Shown here: piece after piece, positions 61,191 to 64,000 of the stretch
Numbering within the stretch: the stretch's first letter is position 1
How the letters are laid out: every line of letters starts with the position of its first letter
Assembly (NCBI RefSeq): GCF_004010195.1
Contig: NC_057719.1
Location: forward strand, 50,978,913-51,042,912
Direction of reading: 5' to 3'
Origin: Chiloscyllium plagiosum
Lineage: Eukaryota
DNA: 64,000 nucleotides
Program-made: the position numbers and the translations under genes
The notes under the pieces: generated by a model
The model's database searches: none
What the model was told of the DNA's origin: nothing
The model's input: the letters and a program-made list of their open reading frames with translations, nothing else

Positions 61191-61329
61191 TGTGATGCAC
61201 ACATCTCATGTAAGTATAAAGTGAAAGAAGCAAATGCATCATTGAAAGTCTTACAGTTGATTGTTTTAAAATATAGAAAATTCATTTTTACATGTAACAC
61301 TTACACGTTATCGGGATGTCCAATAGATA

Positions 61330-61610
61330 TGGAATCACTTTGATAGTCACTATTGTAAGGAGAAACATAACACAAGGTTCCACAAACATCAATGAGAAAA
61401 ATGACCAGTTATTGTGTTTTAGGTCATTGGATGAGGGTAAATGTTGGTTAGGGCACAAAGGCTCCTTCTTGCTCATTTTCAAACAATAGCATGTGATTTT
61501 TTTTTACACCTGCTGAGATGGAACCTTTGTTTAAAATCTGATCTGAAAGACAGAAACGAATGGTGGAGACCTCTCATAGTATTGCATTGAATTGACTGAA
61601 TTGCCCTTCA
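61330..61610 (-). mobile_element. Old Deu-domain SINE fragment
   Basis: 'tttaaaatctgatctgaaagacag' and 'ttggatgagggtaaatgttgg' resemble the reverse Deu-SINE body. Confidence 0.45.
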
Positions 61611-63034
61611 GTTTTCACATAATAGAATATTTGTTTTTCAAGTTATTTTGAGTTTCCCAATGGTTTAACCAGTAGAGATCTGTGTCTTACTAACTCATCC
61701 AAAATTAGATGTCTTGACGATCCCACTTTTGATCTCTGGTGTATGTTCATTAACTGATTTACACTGCGAGTTGTTAGGAAGGAAAATCTGGTTAACCTTT
61801 TCTGGGCCTGTTCACTATCATGCCAACAAGGTGACAAATGTTGATGCCAAATGAGGACACATAAGGCTTGGTTGTCACTCGTCTGTATTCATATAATCTA
61901 TTGACACTAACCATCATCTCTCAGAATTGAAGAATAGTCATTTGGTTGAGGTACTAATTATTTGCTATTACTGCATGGAACTATATCCCAGCATATTTCA
62001 GTGCCTTCAGGAGAGAAGAAGTAAGCTAAGGGAGATTGTGGAAATATTATGATAGATGGAAAAATTACTATGCAGATTAATGTAATGAATTATTATGCAA
62101 ATTATAGTATGATAGCATATTTTGAATATTTTTAGTTTGCTTGAAAGATTAAAACTCCTTTGACCAAAAAATTTATTCATAGTATGTGGATAGTTTGAAA
62201 GCTCCAAGACCTGGGTGCAGTAAAGAAACTATCAATTGATAAACAAGGAAGCATTTAACAAATATAGAGAGGATGTAACCTTTTAGGTTTGCTTTCTTTG
62301 CCATATTGAGTAATCTTAAATGTTAAACTAAAGCTCATGCCACATAAGGAGACCATTCCACCGATTAGGACGGTAATGGTTCTTTGCTAGAACAATGTAA
62401 AAATAAGCCCATTGCAATACCCTCCTCATATTCTTGTACTTTTCCTCTGCTTCAATGAATATTTAGAATCTTCTAAAAGATGCAATAGCTTTTGCCTGAA
62501 TGACCCACTATGACAAAGTTTGCCATATAATGGCTTTCCATTAAAGCATTTTTCTAACTTCTTTCCTCAGTCTCTCAATGACCATTTTAAATTAAAAACC
62601 CTTGTCTCTAACTCCCTAAACAAATGATGTAGTCTTTGCCAATTTAGCCATTTCTCTTTAAAAGTTCCTTTTAGCCTTCTCTGCTTCACTGGAAATTGTC
62701 TTGAGATCTCAAGTCTGAATTACACTTGCAACCCAAAGGAAATCCAAATTCATGTTACCAGAACTGTAGTATGTATAGAAAGATATCTGAAGGCAGAGGC
62801 TATTGTCAAGTCAGCTTACCTTCTACTAATATGGGGTAGCCTGAGAAGGCTGTTGGCCGTGCTAATCTATAATTGGTTGAGATTTATTTTTTGAAAATCC
62901 TCTATAGATATCAAATTTAATCCAAATAATGGTTTTTCTATACCATTGAGTCAACTGAAAACCCACTGCCTTTAATAAATGTTTGTCAGTGACCTTGCAT
63001 ATTGGAATTTTCAACCTGCTTTCTGTGTTAACAG

Positions 63035-63190
63035 GTTTTTATGAATTGAGCGATGGAACATCTGGATCACTTTCGAATTCCTCTAATTCTGTTTTCAGTG
63101 AATGTCTATCCAGTTGTCACTCCAGCACCTGCTCCTGTGGCCCACCAGATGCAACACTGAACATCACAGATGGGCGACCAAAATCAGCAG
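63035..63190 (+). CDS. DACT1: Dapper homolog 1, coding exon 3 (serine-rich)
   Basis: Acceptor gttaacag|, [52 protein letters not shown], donor CAG|GTAAGA; 156 nt, phase 1 to 1. Confidence 0.95.
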
Positions 63191-63360
63191 GTAAGAGCCA
63201 CATGAGAGCAATATGATTGAAAATCTGTCAATTATTTTATAATATGGTTAGGTACAACAGAAATAGAGTTAACTGTGTCATTGTTAATATAAAAAGTCTC
63301 CTCCTTGTTTCATCATATGCTGATTAGCAGTTCATTGTCAACTACTCAGTTTGCTAAGAG

Positions 63361-63443
63361 TTAAAAATCACACAACACCAGGTTATAGTACAACAGGTTT
63401 ATTTGGAAGCACTAGCTTTCGGGGCGCTGCTCCTTCAGGTGGT
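63361..63443 (-). mobile_element. 83-bp PLE micro-element in DACT1 intron 3 (hammerhead core has a 3-nt deletion)
   Basis: 11-bp TSD tttgctaagag at 63350-63360 and 63444-63454; same terminus as 45536-45621. Confidence 0.85.
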
Positions 63444-64000
63444 TTTGCTAAGAGATTGTCACATTGGTTGATTGGCTTTTAGGAAGAACACCAAAACTCT
63501 TGGATTAATCCATATTTTAAGATATCATTTTGAATGTGATGAAAAAAAAAGTTAATTTTTGATTCCCATCAATTAATTGCATCTTAAATGCCCAGTTGGA
63601 GGGCTGTTGTTGCATTGTGATAGTGTTCCTACCTCGGAGTCAGAAGGCTAGGGCTCAAGTTTTACCTGTGCTGAAGATGCTTTGCAGCATGTCCATGCAG
63701 ATTGATTAAAATAACTAAATATTCAATTGCTAGCACTTGAAATTAGCAATGGAGATTTACATCCCCTTAAAAATCAGAATTTGAACATAGGGCAGGTGGT
63801 TTTGTCTAAGTTGTTCATCTGAGTCTTGTGTCTTTGGATGGATAAATCATGGAAAAACTTTCTACTCAAACTGTTCTAACCATGTGTTTGTTTTGTGGAT
63901 GTGCAAAGGTAAAACAATCCCTACAATTAATGCTATTTCAGAATAAACAAAGATTTGGAATTAAGCAGCATAGTTGTGTTTACAATGGAAACCTATAACC

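Overview
This is vertebrate genomic DNA, almost certainly from a shark: it carries HE1-type V-SINEs, their partner CR1/HER1-type LINEs and Deu-domain SINEs. The only host gene I can support is the 5' part of DACT1 (Dapper homolog 1) on the + strand. It has a CpG-rich promoter/leader near 56.9-57.3 kb and three coding exons (57315-57656, 59599-59731, 63035-63190); the large last exon lies beyond the window. The 57 kb upstream is a nested transposon landscape containing several CR1/L2 families, Tx1, a Rex1/Babar-like LINE, a nearly full-length Charlie-type hAT, a Tigger-like MITE, an endogenous-retrovirus integrase relic and many Penelope-like element (PLE) derivatives. The most interesting signal is a set of more than ten minimal type-I hammerhead ribozyme (HHR) motifs from several PLE families. 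They occur in tail-asymmetric fold-back insertions and in TSD-flanked micro-elements of about 80-140 bp that start at the ribozyme's 5' edge. One inverted arm ends exactly at the predicted self-cleavage site, two micro-elements are inserted in or beside another element's ribozyme, and one near-intact motif lies in sense orientation in DACT1 intron 2. All calls were made by eye. Repeat family names and repeat boundaries are approximate, and no database searches were run.
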